From Dehalococcoidia bacterium (lineage in GTDB: Bacteria; Chloroflexota; Dehalococcoidia; Lucifugimonadales; GCA-002694895), in contig JBJLGN010000030.1 of NCBI GenBank assembly GCA_045564835.1, positions 37,545 through 101,544 of the forward strand: a stretch of 64,000 nt of DNA, given 5' to 3'. Under the pieces are notes generated by a model. The model ran no database searches, was not told where the DNA came from, and worked only from the letters and a program-made list of their open reading frames with translations. Positions 1-10,509 of the stretch are shown in pieces (position 1 is the first letter of the stretch; every line of letters starts with the position of its first letter). A program made the position numbers and the translations under genes.

Positions 1-1
1 A

Positions 2-796
2 AGCAATAATAATGTTTTTTATATACATAAATCTAATATTAATTTTTATTTGTCTAAAATTAACATTTCTGATGTTTGGGGCATAGGGCCAAATTATTCT
101 AAATTGTTAAAAAAAAACAATATTTTTACTCCGCTTGATTTGATACAAAAAAATGATAAATGGATTATTAATAATCTTTCTATCAATGGACTTAAAATTG
201 CTCATGAATTAAGAGGAGAAAAATGTTTTGATGTTAAATTTCATACGTCACCAAAAAAAAATATAAGAGTTTCCAGAACTTTTAGTAATGAAACTAATGA
301 TTATTTAAAATTACAACAAATTATTAGCACTTTTGCTTCTAAAGCTTCAGAAAAACTAAGACTTCAAAATAGCTTGGCTTCATCAATTTATATTTTTATT
401 AAATCAAATCGATTTAAATTTAATGACACTAATTATAAATTGTCTGGTAAATTAAATTTTGATTATCCTACTAACGATAATTCTATGATTGTAAAAAAAT
501 CATTGAAAATTTTATCTGAAATTTTCTCATCTGAACAATCTTATAAACAAGCAGGTGTAATGTTGGGAGATTTTGTATATTCAAACAAATTTCAAAGAGG
601 TCTTTTTGAAGATTTTAAACAAAAAAACAAACGATTACTATTGATGAAAACTTTTGATAATATCAACTTAACTTTTGGTAGTGAAACAATAAAACTTGCA
701 TCTGAAGAATTTCATGATAATTGGAGAACAAAAAGAAATAAACTTTCACCTTCTTATACAACTAAATGGAATGACATTTTGGTTGTTAACATATGA
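2..796 (+). CDS. umuC: Y-family DNA polymerase (UmuC-like), 5'-truncated by window edge
   Basis: DVWGIG HhH motif, SRTF little-finger motif, YKQAGV, C-terminal DUF4113-like WRTKRNKLSPSYTTKW; frame is open back to position 2. Confidence 0.85.
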   Translation, partial: SNNNVFYIHKSNINFYLSKINISDVWGIGPNYSKLLKKNNIFTPLDLIQKNDKWIINNLSINGLKIAHELRGEKCFDVKFHTSPKKNIRVSRTFSNETNDYLKLQQIISTFASKASEKLRLQNSLASSIYIFIKSNRFKFNDTNYKLSGKLNFDYPTNDNSMIVKKSLKILSEIFSSEQSYKQAGVMLGDFVYSNKFQRGLFEDFKQKNKRLLLMKTFDNINLTFGSETIKLASEEFHDNWRTKRNKLSPSYTTKWNDILVVNI

Positions 797-798
797 GA

Positions 799-927
799 TT
801 ATGGATCTGAACAATCTCTTGTATACCCACAGTTTGTGCACCTTAGTTTGCAATGAACTTCAATAATCATTACAGCGTTACATATATCACAATACTCATT
901 TTGATTTTTCATAAATTTCATTTTCAT
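799..927 (-). CDS. Small zinc-finger microprotein (37-42 aa), not in ORF track
   Basis: Manual translation MKMKFMKNQNEYCDICNAVMIIEVHCKLRCTNCGYTRDCSDP*; two CxxC motifs plus HCK and DCSDP end; alternative ATGs at 921 and 912. Confidence 0.75.
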   Translation of the reverse strand: MKMKFMKNQNEYCDICNAVMIIEVHCKLRCTNCGYTRDCSDP

Positions 928-990
928 AATACATATTCTACTAATAACTATTATAATTAAAATTGATTAATTTATTCTCCCTGTGGAACA

Positions 991-1512
991 ATGATTAGAA
1001 ATAGAAACATAATTTTTTTACTAGTTAATATTGTATTAGGATCAAGCGTGATTTTTTCTTATATATGGGGATTACAGTATGTAGATGATCCTGATCGCCT
1101 ATGGGGAAATATTAGAAGTAATTATATTCCATATATAGTTTTTTCAATGCTTCTTGGAGCAATAGGGTATATGGCTTTTTCATATTTTTTTCTTTTTGTA
1201 AAAAAATTGTCAAACTTTGATACGAAAAATTTTAAAAAATTGATCAATTTATATATTTCAATTTTATTTTTTTCATCTTTATGGATGCCATTATCGATTT
1301 TGTATGTAGAAAACAATAATAAAATGATTTTGTTACTAGTATTATTAGTTTTATATATTGTTGCGTTTAGTTCATTATTACTTCTTAAATTTATTGTCGA
1401 AAACAAAAAAAATAATTCTTTGACATGGAAGCTGTCAGTAGTTGGCGGAATGCAATTTGTTTTTCATACACTTATAATTGATGCAGTATACTGGGGTTGG
1501 AATTTTGTTTAA
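991..1512 (+). CDS. Hypothetical membrane protein (about 5 TM)
   Basis: 173-aa ORF with several hydrophobic segments. Confidence 0.7.
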   Translation: MIRNRNIIFLLVNIVLGSSVIFSYIWGLQYVDDPDRLWGNIRSNYIPYIVFSMLLGAIGYMAFSYFFLFVKKLSNFDTKNFKKLINLYISILFFSSLWMPLSILYVENNNKMILLLVLLVLYIVAFSSLLLLKFIVENKKNNSLTWKLSVVGGMQFVFHTLIIDAVYWGWNFV

Positions 1513-1523
1513 AATTTGTCAGA

Positions 1524-1808
1524 TTAGTATATATCTATTTTAAAACTAGGCATATTGTCTACTACTATAAAATCCAAAGCTGCTTTTTCAACAGTTTCTG
1601 ATATATGAGCATCAACTGATAAAAGCTCTGATCCACTATCATCTTTTATTATCACATCTGTGTCAAATCTTTCCTGTATTACGATCCCAAAATCTCCTTC
1701 ACCTTGCCAAAGTGGAAATGTTACTATTTTCAAAGTTTTTGTAGGGTCTTTTAGTCTGTCTGTTCTTATTTTAAGTAATTCTTGTTTTGCTTTGTCTGAA
1801 ATTTTCAT
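1524..1808 (-). CDS. HesB/IscA-fold-like small protein without cysteines
   Basis: MKISDKAK start, D-x-I/LSVD segment and LDF...F C-terminus resemble the HesB fold; no Cys. Confidence 0.45.
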   Translation of the reverse strand: MKISDKAKQELLKIRTDRLKDPTKTLKIVTFPLWQGEGDFGIVIQERFDTDVIIKDDSGSELLSVDAHISETVEKAALDFIVVDNMPSFKIDIY

Positions 1809-1888
1809 TTGTTTGTATGTAAATTAAAAATAGAATAAGATTAATTTATATAATATCTTTTTTTTACAATTAATGGTAGGAGGCTTAT

Positions 1889-2074
1889 ATGGCAACATAT
1901 AATTGCAATGATTGTTCAATGGAAGTTAAAGGATTAACATGTGGCAAATGTGAATCTGAGTTAGTTTATGCAGAGATAGGAGACGATTCTATAGGAGTTT
2001 CGCAATGTCCTAATGGATGTGGGAAAATAAAATCTCCCATGTGCTGTGGAACTGATATGAATCCATCAAATTAA
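1889..2074 (+). CDS. Cys-rich 61-aa metal-binding protein (desulforedoxin-like termini)
   Basis: AGGAGG RBS; 8 Cys in YNCNDC, CGKC, CPNGC, CCGTDM. Confidence 0.75.
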   Translation: MATYNCNDCSMEVKGLTCGKCESELVYAEIGDDSIGVSQCPNGCGKIKSPMCCGTDMNPSN

Positions 2075-2113
2075 ATTTTTTTGAATAAAGGCATATAATT
2101 CTTAATTTTCGAT

Positions 2114-2920
2114 ATGACAAGTAAAACACCTGAAAAAATTTTGTTAATTTTTGCTCATCCAGATGATGAAACATCTTCTTGTGGAGGAACAATATCAAAA
2201 TATTCAAAACTTGGATCAGAAATTTTTGTTTGTACAGCTACAAATGGAAATAAAGGAGATTTAGGCACTGGTGATTTGGTTTTAAAAAGAGAAGAACTAG
2301 GCTCATTTAGGGAAAATGAAGAAAAAGCAGTCTTGAAATTTTTAGGAGCAAAAGACGTCATACAATTGGGATATGATGATCAAGGATTAGAATTATTGGA
2401 TGTACCAATATTAGAAAATCAATTTTTTGATATTTTAATGGACATTAAACCAAATATTGTTATAACTTTCGGTGAAAGAGGATTCTCAGGTCATACAGAT
2501 CATATTCAAGCTCATATAAATGCTAAAAATGCTTTTGGTAAATATGCGAAATTTTCACCAAATGCAAAATTGCTATACACTGCCATGCCCAGATTTTTTG
2601 CAGAATTCAGGAAGATGGATTTAAGTGAAAACGAAAAGTCTCCAACAATTGCAATTAATATTTCTTCAACATGGACAAAAAAAGTTAAGGCGCTAAGAAT
2701 GTATAAAAGCCAAAACGATGCCCAGGAAATTGCAAAAATGTTTGAACAAATGTATTCATCAGATAATTTTGATAATTTTGGTGATTCAAAAGAAACGTTT
2801 ATAAGCTTATTTGATTCTATGAAAAAATTTGGTTATACCAATAATCCTACAGAATATTTTCATCAAGCACACCCAAAATTAAAAAATTATTCAGATATAA
2901 TTCTTTCCCAAAATTTCTAG
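2114..2920 (+). CDS. PIG-L/LmbE family deacetylase
   Basis: AHPDDE and GHTDH motifs. Confidence 0.88.
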   Translation: MTSKTPEKILLIFAHPDDETSSCGGTISKYSKLGSEIFVCTATNGNKGDLGTGDLVLKREELGSFRENEEKAVLKFLGAKDVIQLGYDDQGLELLDVPILENQFFDILMDIKPNIVITFGERGFSGHTDHIQAHINAKNAFGKYAKFSPNAKLLYTAMPRFFAEFRKMDLSENEKSPTIAINISSTWTKKVKALRMYKSQNDAQEIAKMFEQMYSSDNFDNFGDSKETFISLFDSMKKFGYTNNPTEYFHQAHPKLKNYSDIILSQNF

Positions 2921-3252
2921 TTTGAAAAAGGATTTTTATCTGTAAATGTATCCCCGTAATATTGGAAGAAATCTATTTTGCTTTCTTCTACATATTGGTA
3001 TAAATTTTGAAATAAATCTCTTAATCCTTCGATAGATGTGTTTTCTTCTCGATATGGGTTCTCCAATTTTTCTTCAACCCAATCCATATAAATAGTATCT
3101 GAAGGGCCAGGTGTTGTTGGACCACTTATATAAATCCATACAGGAGTTCTTTGTCCTTCTCCTTTGTATTTTTCACTAATCTGCTTAGCTGCTTCAGCAG
3201 CATCACGTGTTTTCCCTTTTTGAATTTTAAAAGTTCTTCTTATAAGATACAT
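2917..3252 (-). CDS. Hypothetical protein (possible dimeric alpha/beta barrel)
   Basis: 111-aa ORF with upstream GGAG; MYLIRRTFKIQKG start. Confidence 0.6.
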   Translation of the reverse strand: MYLIRRTFKIQKGKTRDAAEAAKQISEKYKGEGQRTPVWIYISGPTTPGPSDTIYMDWVEEKLENPYREENTSIEGLRDLFQNLYQYVEESKIDFFQYYGDTFTDKNPFSN

Positions 3253-3293
3253 ATTTTCTCCATTTGTGTGTTTTATAACTTAAATATAGTAAA

Positions 3294-4151
3294 TTATTTT
3301 ATCCCTATTGTAATAATTATAATACCTATAAATATTACAATACTTCCGGTTGCTCTTATTTTACTAAATTTTTCGTTTAAATAAACAAAACCAATGATAG
3401 AGCTTATAACTATACCACTGTTTCTCATTGGAGCAATGTAACTGACTTCCGTAAAAGTTAAACTATATAAAATTAACAGATATGAAATAGTATCTGACAA
3501 TCCTACAAATGAGTATTCAAATAAGTTTTTTTTGTTAAGAAAATTAGTATATAAAGTTTCTTTTTTTATTAGAGCAATAAAATTGTATATAACAAATGTT
3601 ATAAGCGTATATGAATAAAAATATTGAATTGGATTTAATTCATCTACTCCTAATTTATCTATGTACGAATATGCTGTAATAGTTATCCCGGTAATAATTG
3701 AAAAAACTGTACCTCTATTAATTTTTTTTGGATTTTCTGTTTTTCTTGTGTTTAATAAAAGTAACCCAAATAAATTAACTAAAATTCCTACCATTGAAAT
3801 TTGGCTGATTGTTTCTTTTATTAATGTAACTCCTAAAATTGGAGTTAAAAGATTTCCCAACCCTCTTGATAAAGGATAAACTTTTGAGAAATCTTCATTG
3901 TTATACATCAATATTAAGAAATAGAAATAAAAATAATGCACTAATCCGGAAGCAGACACATAAATCCATGCTTTTAGAGTAATAGGTTCGTACATATATA
4001 CACAAAAAGGAAGCAGATAGATTAAATTAAGAACTCTAGTACCAGCGAATAATTGATTAGGATTTTTTGAGATTTTATATCGGGAGTTCCATACCATATG
4101 TATAAAACCTGATGTGATTACTAATGATAAAGCTGCTAAATTATTATTCAT
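3294..4151 (-). CDS. EamA/DMT family transporter
   Basis: About 10 TM; HMVWN, FSKVYPLSRG, YSYIDK, YIAPMR motifs. Confidence 0.85.
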   Translation of the reverse strand: MNNNLAALSLVITSGFIHMVWNSRYKISKNPNQLFAGTRVLNLIYLLPFCVYMYEPITLKAWIYVSASGLVHYFYFYFLILMYNNEDFSKVYPLSRGLGNLLTPILGVTLIKETISQISMVGILVNLFGLLLLNTRKTENPKKINRGTVFSIITGITITAYSYIDKLGVDELNPIQYFYSYTLITFVIYNFIALIKKETLYTNFLNKKNLFEYSFVGLSDTISYLLILYSLTFTEVSYIAPMRNSGIVISSIIGFVYLNEKFSKIRATGSIVIFIGIIIITIGIK

Positions 4152-4254
4152 ATGATAATTATAGATTAGTTTGTCTATGTAAATTATATTGAAAAATTAA
4201 AAATATTCTTGTGATGTTAAAATATAAGTATTACCAGTGAAAAGGTTCACTCTA

Positions 4255-5553
4255 ATGACAAATCAAAAATCATTGTTTGACAATAATATTCCTCCATTAC
4301 CTGAAAGAATGAGGCCTAATAATATAGAAGATTATATTGGGCAATCACATTTAATTGAAGATAAAAAAATTCTTAAATCTTTTATTGATGGCGATACTTT
4401 ATTTTCAGTAATTTTATGGGGCCCCCCTGGCTCTGGGAAGACTACTCTTGCGAGAATTTTAATTCACAAATCTGGTTATGAATTTTTTCAACTATCTGCT
4501 ATTTCAAGTGGAATTAAAGATTTAAGAGAAGTTATTGATAAATCTCAGATAAATAGAAGCATGGGTAAAAAATCTGTTTTATTTATAGACGAGATTCATC
4601 GTTTTAATAAAACACAGCAAGATTCGCTATTAAATGCTGTAGAAAACGGAACTTTGATTTTGATTGGCGCTACAACTGAAAATCCATCTTTTGAAATAAT
4701 TTCACCTTTATTATCCCGAACTAGAGTTTTAAAACTCAATTCTTTAGATTCAACTAATATGGATAAAATTATTGATAATGCTTTTAATAATGATATTGTT
4801 CTATCTAAACTAGATTTAAAACTATCTGAAAGATCTAGAAAATTTTTGATTTCACAATCTGGTGGTGATGCAAGAAAATTATTAAATACACTCGAAATTG
4901 CTACTCTTATATTGAATGGATCTAGTGATATTTCTATAGAAATACTAAAAGAGGCTTCGCAAAACAAATCATTACTATATGATAAAGATGCAGATTATCA
5001 TTACGATACTGTTAGTGCATTTATCAAATCAATGAGAGGAAGTGATGTTGATGCTTCTATATATTGGCTGACAGTAATGATCGAAGGTGGTGAAAAATTA
5101 GAATTTATTGCAAGAAGATTAATAATATTTGCGTCAGAAGATATTGGTAATGCTGATCCGCAAGCATTAGATCTTGCTGTTTCGGGATTTAATGCTGCGC
5201 ATATTGTTGGATATCCTGAGGCTGCAATCAATTTAGCTCATGTCACTACTTATTTAGCTTCTGCACCCAAATCAAATGCATCATACATAGCTTTAAATAA
5301 AGCAAAAGATATTATTAAAAACAATGAAATGCCTGTTGTTCCATTGCATTTAAGAAATGCCCCCACTGATTTAATGAAAAATGAAGGTTATTCTAAAAAT
5401 TATAAATATCCACATGATTATAAAAATAATTTTGTAAGTGATAATTATTTCCCTTTGGAAAAGACAAATGTATTTTATAAGCCAACAAATAATGGACATG
5501 AAAAATATATAAAAGAAAGACTTAAATTTTTATGGAAAGATAGATATGAATAA
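4255..5553 (+). CDS. rarA: Replication-associated recombination protein A (MgsA/RarA AAA+ ATPase)
   Basis: PLPERMRP, GPPGSGKTT, FIDEIHRFNK, GATTENP, SAFIKSMRGSD, ASEDIGNADP. Confidence 0.95.
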   Translation: MTNQKSLFDNNIPPLPERMRPNNIEDYIGQSHLIEDKKILKSFIDGDTLFSVILWGPPGSGKTTLARILIHKSGYEFFQLSAISSGIKDLREVIDKSQINRSMGKKSVLFIDEIHRFNKTQQDSLLNAVENGTLILIGATTENPSFEIISPLLSRTRVLKLNSLDSTNMDKIIDNAFNNDIVLSKLDLKLSERSRKFLISQSGGDARKLLNTLEIATLILNGSSDISIEILKEASQNKSLLYDKDADYHYDTVSAFIKSMRGSDVDASIYWLTVMIEGGEKLEFIARRLIIFASEDIGNADPQALDLAVSGFNAAHIVGYPEAAINLAHVTTYLASAPKSNASYIALNKAKDIIKNNEMPVVPLHLRNAPTDLMKNEGYSKNYKYPHDYKNNFVSDNYFPLEKTNVFYKPTNNGHEKYIKERLKFLWKDRYE

Positions 5554-6295
5554 TAATTTTACTGATACTAAGATATTAACTTTTGATATATTTGGAACCT
5601 TGTTAAATTTAAAAGATAGTATGGAGCCATTTCTAAAAAAATATTTATCTGATTTAAATGACTATTTTGAAGTTTCAGAAATATGGGATACATGGAGAGA
5701 CAGGCAACGCATTGAGCAATATCAAGATAACATATTAATGCTTGGTCATAGTGGGTATCTAAACACATGTGAGATTGCTCTTAAGTATAGCTTGGATAAA
5801 CATAAGTTGAAATATAGTAGTAAAGTTATTGATAATATTATGAATGGATGGAATTATTTAATACCATTTGATGATGTTGTTAATAATTTAATTAAATTAC
5901 AAAAAAAATTTAAATTAGTCGCTTTATCTAATGGGGAACAATGGTATTTAGAACATCTTGCTGAAAAGCAATTACAATTTAAATTTGACAATATCATATC
6001 AGTTGAATTAGCTGGACAATTCAAACCAAGCCCATCTGTTTATAGAAAAGCTGCACAAATTTTAGATTCTCACCCTGGGAATCTAATGATGGTAGCTTCT
6101 CATTCATTTGATGTTATTGGTGCAAAGGCTTGTGGGTATAAATCAGCTTATATTGATAGATATGATCTTCCGATTGAAGATAAAGGATATAGTGTAGATA
6201 TACACGTGCAAAATTTCTTACAATTTAAGAATTTGATTTTAAATAATAAAATTTCTGATATTAGTGACAATATAAGTGAAAAAAATATAGAATAA
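5546..6295 (+). CDS. Haloacid dehalogenase type II
   Basis: FDIFGTL, LSNG, FKP..VY, VASHSFDVIGA. Confidence 0.85.
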   Translation: MNNNFTDTKILTFDIFGTLLNLKDSMEPFLKKYLSDLNDYFEVSEIWDTWRDRQRIEQYQDNILMLGHSGYLNTCEIALKYSLDKHKLKYSSKVIDNIMNGWNYLIPFDDVVNNLIKLQKKFKLVALSNGEQWYLEHLAEKQLQFKFDNIISVELAGQFKPSPSVYRKAAQILDSHPGNLMMVASHSFDVIGAKACGYKSAYIDRYDLPIEDKGYSVDIHVQNFLQFKNLILNNKISDISDNISEKNIE

Positions 6296-6315
6296 TATTT
6301 TATAAATAAGGGTGT

Positions 6316-7383
6316 ATGTATATGAAAGTATTAGTAATTGGTGGAACTAGATATATGGGTAAGATTCTAGTTCAGAGTTTATTAAATGATGAACATGATG
6401 TGTCTGTATTATCCAGAGGTAACGAAAAGCCGGATTGGTGGGACAAAATAACTCACATTAAAGCAGATCGTAACAACGTGAAGGAACTTAAAGAAGCATT
6501 GAAAAATTATAATTTTGATTGGGTTTTTGATTTTCAAGCTTTTAGAAAAGAGCATGTTGAATCTTTTGGAAATATAATGGAAGGAAGAGTAGGAAAGTAT
6601 TTATTTGTTAGTACAGGTTCTGTTTATAGTAAATGGGATTACGGACCAACAGAAGAAGCTTTATTAGATTTTGAACTTAACATTCCTTTTAGAGAAAACC
6701 AAGTAAACTGGGATGATTTAAGTTATGACTATGATCCCAAAGAATTAGAATACGGTGCAAGAAAAAGACATTGTGAAAAATGGATAATCGAAAATTATAA
6801 TATTCCTTATACAATTGTGAGGATTCCTGCAATTATGGGCGAAGATGACCCTACTGGTAGGATTTGGTGGTGGATACAAAGAATAAAAGATGGAAGAGGT
6901 ATTGTTGTTCCAGAAAATGTAAATAACCCATTTAGAACTTTGTATTCGGGAGATGCTGCCCAAGCTTTTTATGATTCAATAAAATCTGAAAAAACTACAA
7001 ACCAAATCTATCATGTTGCCTCTCATGAAATTTTCACTCCTATGAGTTGGATAAGACTATTATCAGAACTCCTTGATTCCGATATAAATATGTATTTAGT
7101 ACCAAATTCTGTCACTGATAGATATTTGAAAGATGCTAATGAAGAATATGCACCACCTTTATTAAGAAATTACCCATATATTAGTGATTTAAGTAAATCT
7201 GATAATGATTTTGGATTTACTACTACTAATCCTAAGATATGGATTGAAAACACTATAAATTATTATTTGACAGAAAATAAAATTGAAAATTCTAAAGGTT
7301 ATGAAAACAGAGAAAATGAAATCAAAGTAGGCTTAGCATGGAAAAACAGCCTTCAAAAATTAAATAATGAATTTAAATTATAA
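6316..7383 (+). CDS. NAD-dependent epimerase/dehydratase (atypical SDR)
   Basis: IGGTRYMG, STGSVY, YGARK. Confidence 0.85.
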   Translation: MYMKVLVIGGTRYMGKILVQSLLNDEHDVSVLSRGNEKPDWWDKITHIKADRNNVKELKEALKNYNFDWVFDFQAFRKEHVESFGNIMEGRVGKYLFVSTGSVYSKWDYGPTEEALLDFELNIPFRENQVNWDDLSYDYDPKELEYGARKRHCEKWIIENYNIPYTIVRIPAIMGEDDPTGRIWWWIQRIKDGRGIVVPENVNNPFRTLYSGDAAQAFYDSIKSEKTTNQIYHVASHEIFTPMSWIRLLSELLDSDINMYLVPNSVTDRYLKDANEEYAPPLLRNYPYISDLSKSDNDFGFTTTNPKIWIENTINYYLTENKIENSKGYENRENEIKVGLAWKNSLQKLNNEFKL

Positions 7384-7387
7384 TTTA

Positions 7388-8215
7388 TTAGTATGATATT
7401 CCTGCAAGTAAAATAGCAGCATACATACATTTCCAAGCTTCAATATAATCTTTTGATTCATAGGAAATCACTTGTCTTGTTTCTCTTTTTACGCCTGGGA
7501 TCATAGAAACAACATCAGCCATTAAATCACTTGAAAATTCAATTCCCATTTTAACTGTACTGTTATATTTTACTGGTTTAAATTGATCTCGATTTGCCAC
7601 TGTTTCGGCAGCATTTCTTTTAATTAATTTGAATGCATCATTTCCTGATAAATTTTTAGCAGAAAATTTGTTTATAGCTTCTTTAACAGGAGATCCTATT
7701 ATATTTGGTACCAAATTTTTAGCATCTTCAACTATGTCTGTATCGCCTGCAATCATTCCTATAGGAACATTGTAATAACCGGCGATTCCTGCATTAATTT
7801 CGAATTCAGATGAGGGTTTTTCATTAATCAAATAATTTTGAACTACATTTGATCCTCTTATAGTGTGACTTAAAATTCCTTTTTCTCCTGGTCTAGAATG
7901 ATAACCAATGCACATTGATATATTTGGATTGCCTTCTACTCCTTGCATCATTCCAAGTGGTTTAGGAGATCCGCTAATTAATTCAGCTCGCTGATCTAAC
8001 ATATAAGGTAATAAATTTCTCATTGACCCATGACTATCATTAACTATTACTGATGTTGCACCTCCATCAAAACTACCTTCAATAGCAGCGTTAGCTTCGA
8101 GAGTCATAGCTTTCCTCATCATTTCATAATCATTACCTGATTGTGATGCTTGATCTGTATGGACAACTCCTGCTACCCCTTCCATGTCTATTGATATATG
8201 TACTGAAATACTCAT
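7388..8215 (-). CDS. M55 family D-aminopeptidase (DppA-like)
   Basis: SIDMEG, VNDSHG, IGYHS, LSHT, AGD. Confidence 0.9.
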   Translation of the reverse strand: MSISVHISIDMEGVAGVVHTDQASQSGNDYEMMRKAMTLEANAAIEGSFDGGATSVIVNDSHGSMRNLLPYMLDQRAELISGSPKPLGMMQGVEGNPNISMCIGYHSRPGEKGILSHTIRGSNVVQNYLINEKPSSEFEINAGIAGYYNVPIGMIAGDTDIVEDAKNLVPNIIGSPVKEAINKFSAKNLSGNDAFKLIKRNAAETVANRDQFKPVKYNSTVKMGIEFSSDLMADVVSMIPGVKRETRQVISYESKDYIEAWKCMYAAILLAGISY

Positions 8216-8224
8216 AATGCCTCC

Positions 8225-9679
8225 TTAATTTTTGAATGAATAATAATTAGGTTCGTTTTTATGTTTTCTCGATACGCCTTCTTTTACTGCTTGAGACGCA
8301 ATATTTTTCGATACTTCTTCCACTACATTTTTATCAAAAACACTAGGTATAATAAAATCAGGACTAAGTAAATTCTTAGGAATTACTGATGCTATTGCTT
8401 TTGCAGCAGAAATTTTCATTCCGTTACTTATTGTTTTTGATCTTACATCAAGCAATCCTTTGAATATTCCAGGAAATGCTAGAGAATTGTTTACTTGATT
8501 AGGATAATCAGATCTTCCTGTAGCCATAATTAATATATTGTCAGGGATTAATTCTGGCATAATTTCAGGAGTGGGATTTGCTAATGCAAAAACTATACTA
8601 TTTTTCTTCATTTTTTTTAACATGTTAGTATTTACTATTCCCGGACCAGCCAACCCAATAAAACAATCTGCATTGTTAAGTGCTTTTGATAAATCTCCAG
8701 TTATATTTTCAGGATTTGTATTTTCTGCAAAAATAGATTTGTATTTGTTGTTATCATAATTTCTATCTTTTGATACAATTCCTTTAGAGTCAACTCCGAT
8801 GATATTTTTAACTCCATAATCCATTAAAATATTTCCGCACGCAATTCCTGCAGCTCCGACACCTGCTATTACTACTTTTAAGTCCTTGGGTTTTTTATTC
8901 ACAATTTTAAGTGAATTAATTAAAGCCGCTAGTACAACAATTGCTGTTCCATGTTGATCATCATGAAATACTGGAATATCTAATTCTTGATTTAATCTTT
9001 GTTCTATATAAAAACACCTAGGTGCGCTTATATCTTCTAAATTAATTCCTCCAAACCCTGGTGCAATAGATTTTACAATATCCACTATTTCATCAGGATC
9101 TTTTGTATTTAGACATATCGGCCACGCATTAACGCCAGCAAAATTTTTTAGTATCATAGCTTTGCCTTCCATAACTGGTAATGCAGCCTCTGGTCCAATA
9201 TCACCTAAACCTAAAACTGCAGATCCGTCTGTGACAACTGCGATTGTATGACTTTTTCCTGTTAAAGACCAAACTGATTCGGGAGTTTTATGTATATAGG
9301 ATGAAACTCGACCTACGCCTGGAGTGTATGCTTTTGACATATCATCTCTTGTAGTAATTTCAAATGTACTATTTACTTCAATTTTCCCGCCTAAGTGCAT
9401 AAGAAAAGTTTGATCAGATACATTTTGAATTTTCACATGCTCAATTTGCTTAAGTTTTGTAATGATTTTTTCAGCATGATCATTGCCTGATGTGTTTATA
9501 GTTAGGTCTCTTACAATGTTATTTCCTTCTATAGATACAACGTCAATAGCTGACATATCACCTTTGTTTTTGCTTATCGTATTTAGGATTTCAGCTAACA
9601 TTCCGGGTAAATTTGGATATTGAGCGCGGATTGTTATACTATTTGCAACTCCAGGTTTTATATTTTTTTTGTTAGTCAC
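8225..9679 (-). CDS. Malic enzyme with N-terminal ACT domain
   Basis: AYTPGVG, VTDGSAVLGLG, VMEGK, INLEDI, HDDQHGT, GVGAAG; N-terminal PGMLA ACT motif; GTG start. Confidence 0.92.
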   Translation of the reverse strand: MTNKKNIKPGVANSITIRAQYPNLPGMLAEILNTISKNKGDMSAIDVVSIEGNNIVRDLTINTSGNDHAEKIITKLKQIEHVKIQNVSDQTFLMHLGGKIEVNSTFEITTRDDMSKAYTPGVGRVSSYIHKTPESVWSLTGKSHTIAVVTDGSAVLGLGDIGPEAALPVMEGKAMILKNFAGVNAWPICLNTKDPDEIVDIVKSIAPGFGGINLEDISAPRCFYIEQRLNQELDIPVFHDDQHGTAIVVLAALINSLKIVNKKPKDLKVVIAGVGAAGIACGNILMDYGVKNIIGVDSKGIVSKDRNYDNNKYKSIFAENTNPENITGDLSKALNNADCFIGLAGPGIVNTNMLKKMKKNSIVFALANPTPEIMPELIPDNILIMATGRSDYPNQVNNSLAFPGIFKGLLDVRSKTISNGMKISAAKAIASVIPKNLLSPDFIIPSVFDKNVVEEVSKNIASQAVKEGVSRKHKNEPNYYSFKN

Positions 9680-10447
9680 CTATATTCCTATATTTCTGGC
9701 TATAATTAATTTCATTTTTTGAGATGAGCTTGTATTTGAAATTTTATGATTTGAATTCTTGTCAATGTATATAAAATCTTCTTTTTGAATATTTTGATGG
9801 AAATCTAGTTGTTTATTTGATATGTATATACCTTCACCATGAGATATAAAAACACCTGTTTCGTGACCAGGATGAGAATGTGGCATTGTTGTTTGCCCCG
9901 GATTAATAATTAAACTTGTTAGTGATATGTTTTTTATATTTGCTGTTATTTTTGAGATTCCATTAAGAGCTATGCCATAATCTCGTTCTTCTAAGTTAAC
10001 ATCTTTTGAATTTATTACTGAGCAGTTCTTAGGATCAATGATTTGGTTCAATTGATCTTCATCTGAAATTTCTTCAACAATCTCAGTTGGTTGATTTCTT
10101 GAAACCATTAATACCAATGGTTTTTCACTATTACTGTTAACAGGCTTGTGAGGAGCATTTGGTGGGACGTATATAAAATCACCTTCATTTATTGTGTTAT
10201 GATTATCTAGCTTTTCTCCTGCAATGAATATTCCTTCTCCTGATAGTACATAAATGGCACTTTCACAATTAATATGATAATGAGCAGACGAAGATTTTCC
10301 AGCAGGGATTGTTGCTATAGCTAAATGTATATTATTTGAATTTATTGTTTCTTTTGATACTCCTGCTATTCTTGTCATATCTCCAGAAGATATTTCAGTG
10401 TATCTTTCTTTTGCTTTAATTACTGATTTAATATTATTTTGTTCCAT
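9680..10447 (-). CDS. Bicupin (two cupin domains)
   Basis: HYH..ESAIY..G.G and HSH..ETGVF..G.G, each followed by a downstream His. Confidence 0.8.
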   Translation of the reverse strand: MEQNNIKSVIKAKERYTEISSGDMTRIAGVSKETINSNNIHLAIATIPAGKSSSAHYHINCESAIYVLSGEGIFIAGEKLDNHNTINEGDFIYVPPNAPHKPVNSNSEKPLVLMVSRNQPTEIVEEISDEDQLNQIIDPKNCSVINSKDVNLEERDYGIALNGISKITANIKNISLTSLIINPGQTTMPHSHPGHETGVFISHGEGIYISNKQLDFHQNIQKEDFIYIDKNSNHKISNTSSSQKMKLIIARNIGI

Positions 10448-10509
10448 CTTTTATCCTAATCGCAATATTAACAAATGATTTGTTTATTATATATAAATAA
10501 TATTAAAAA

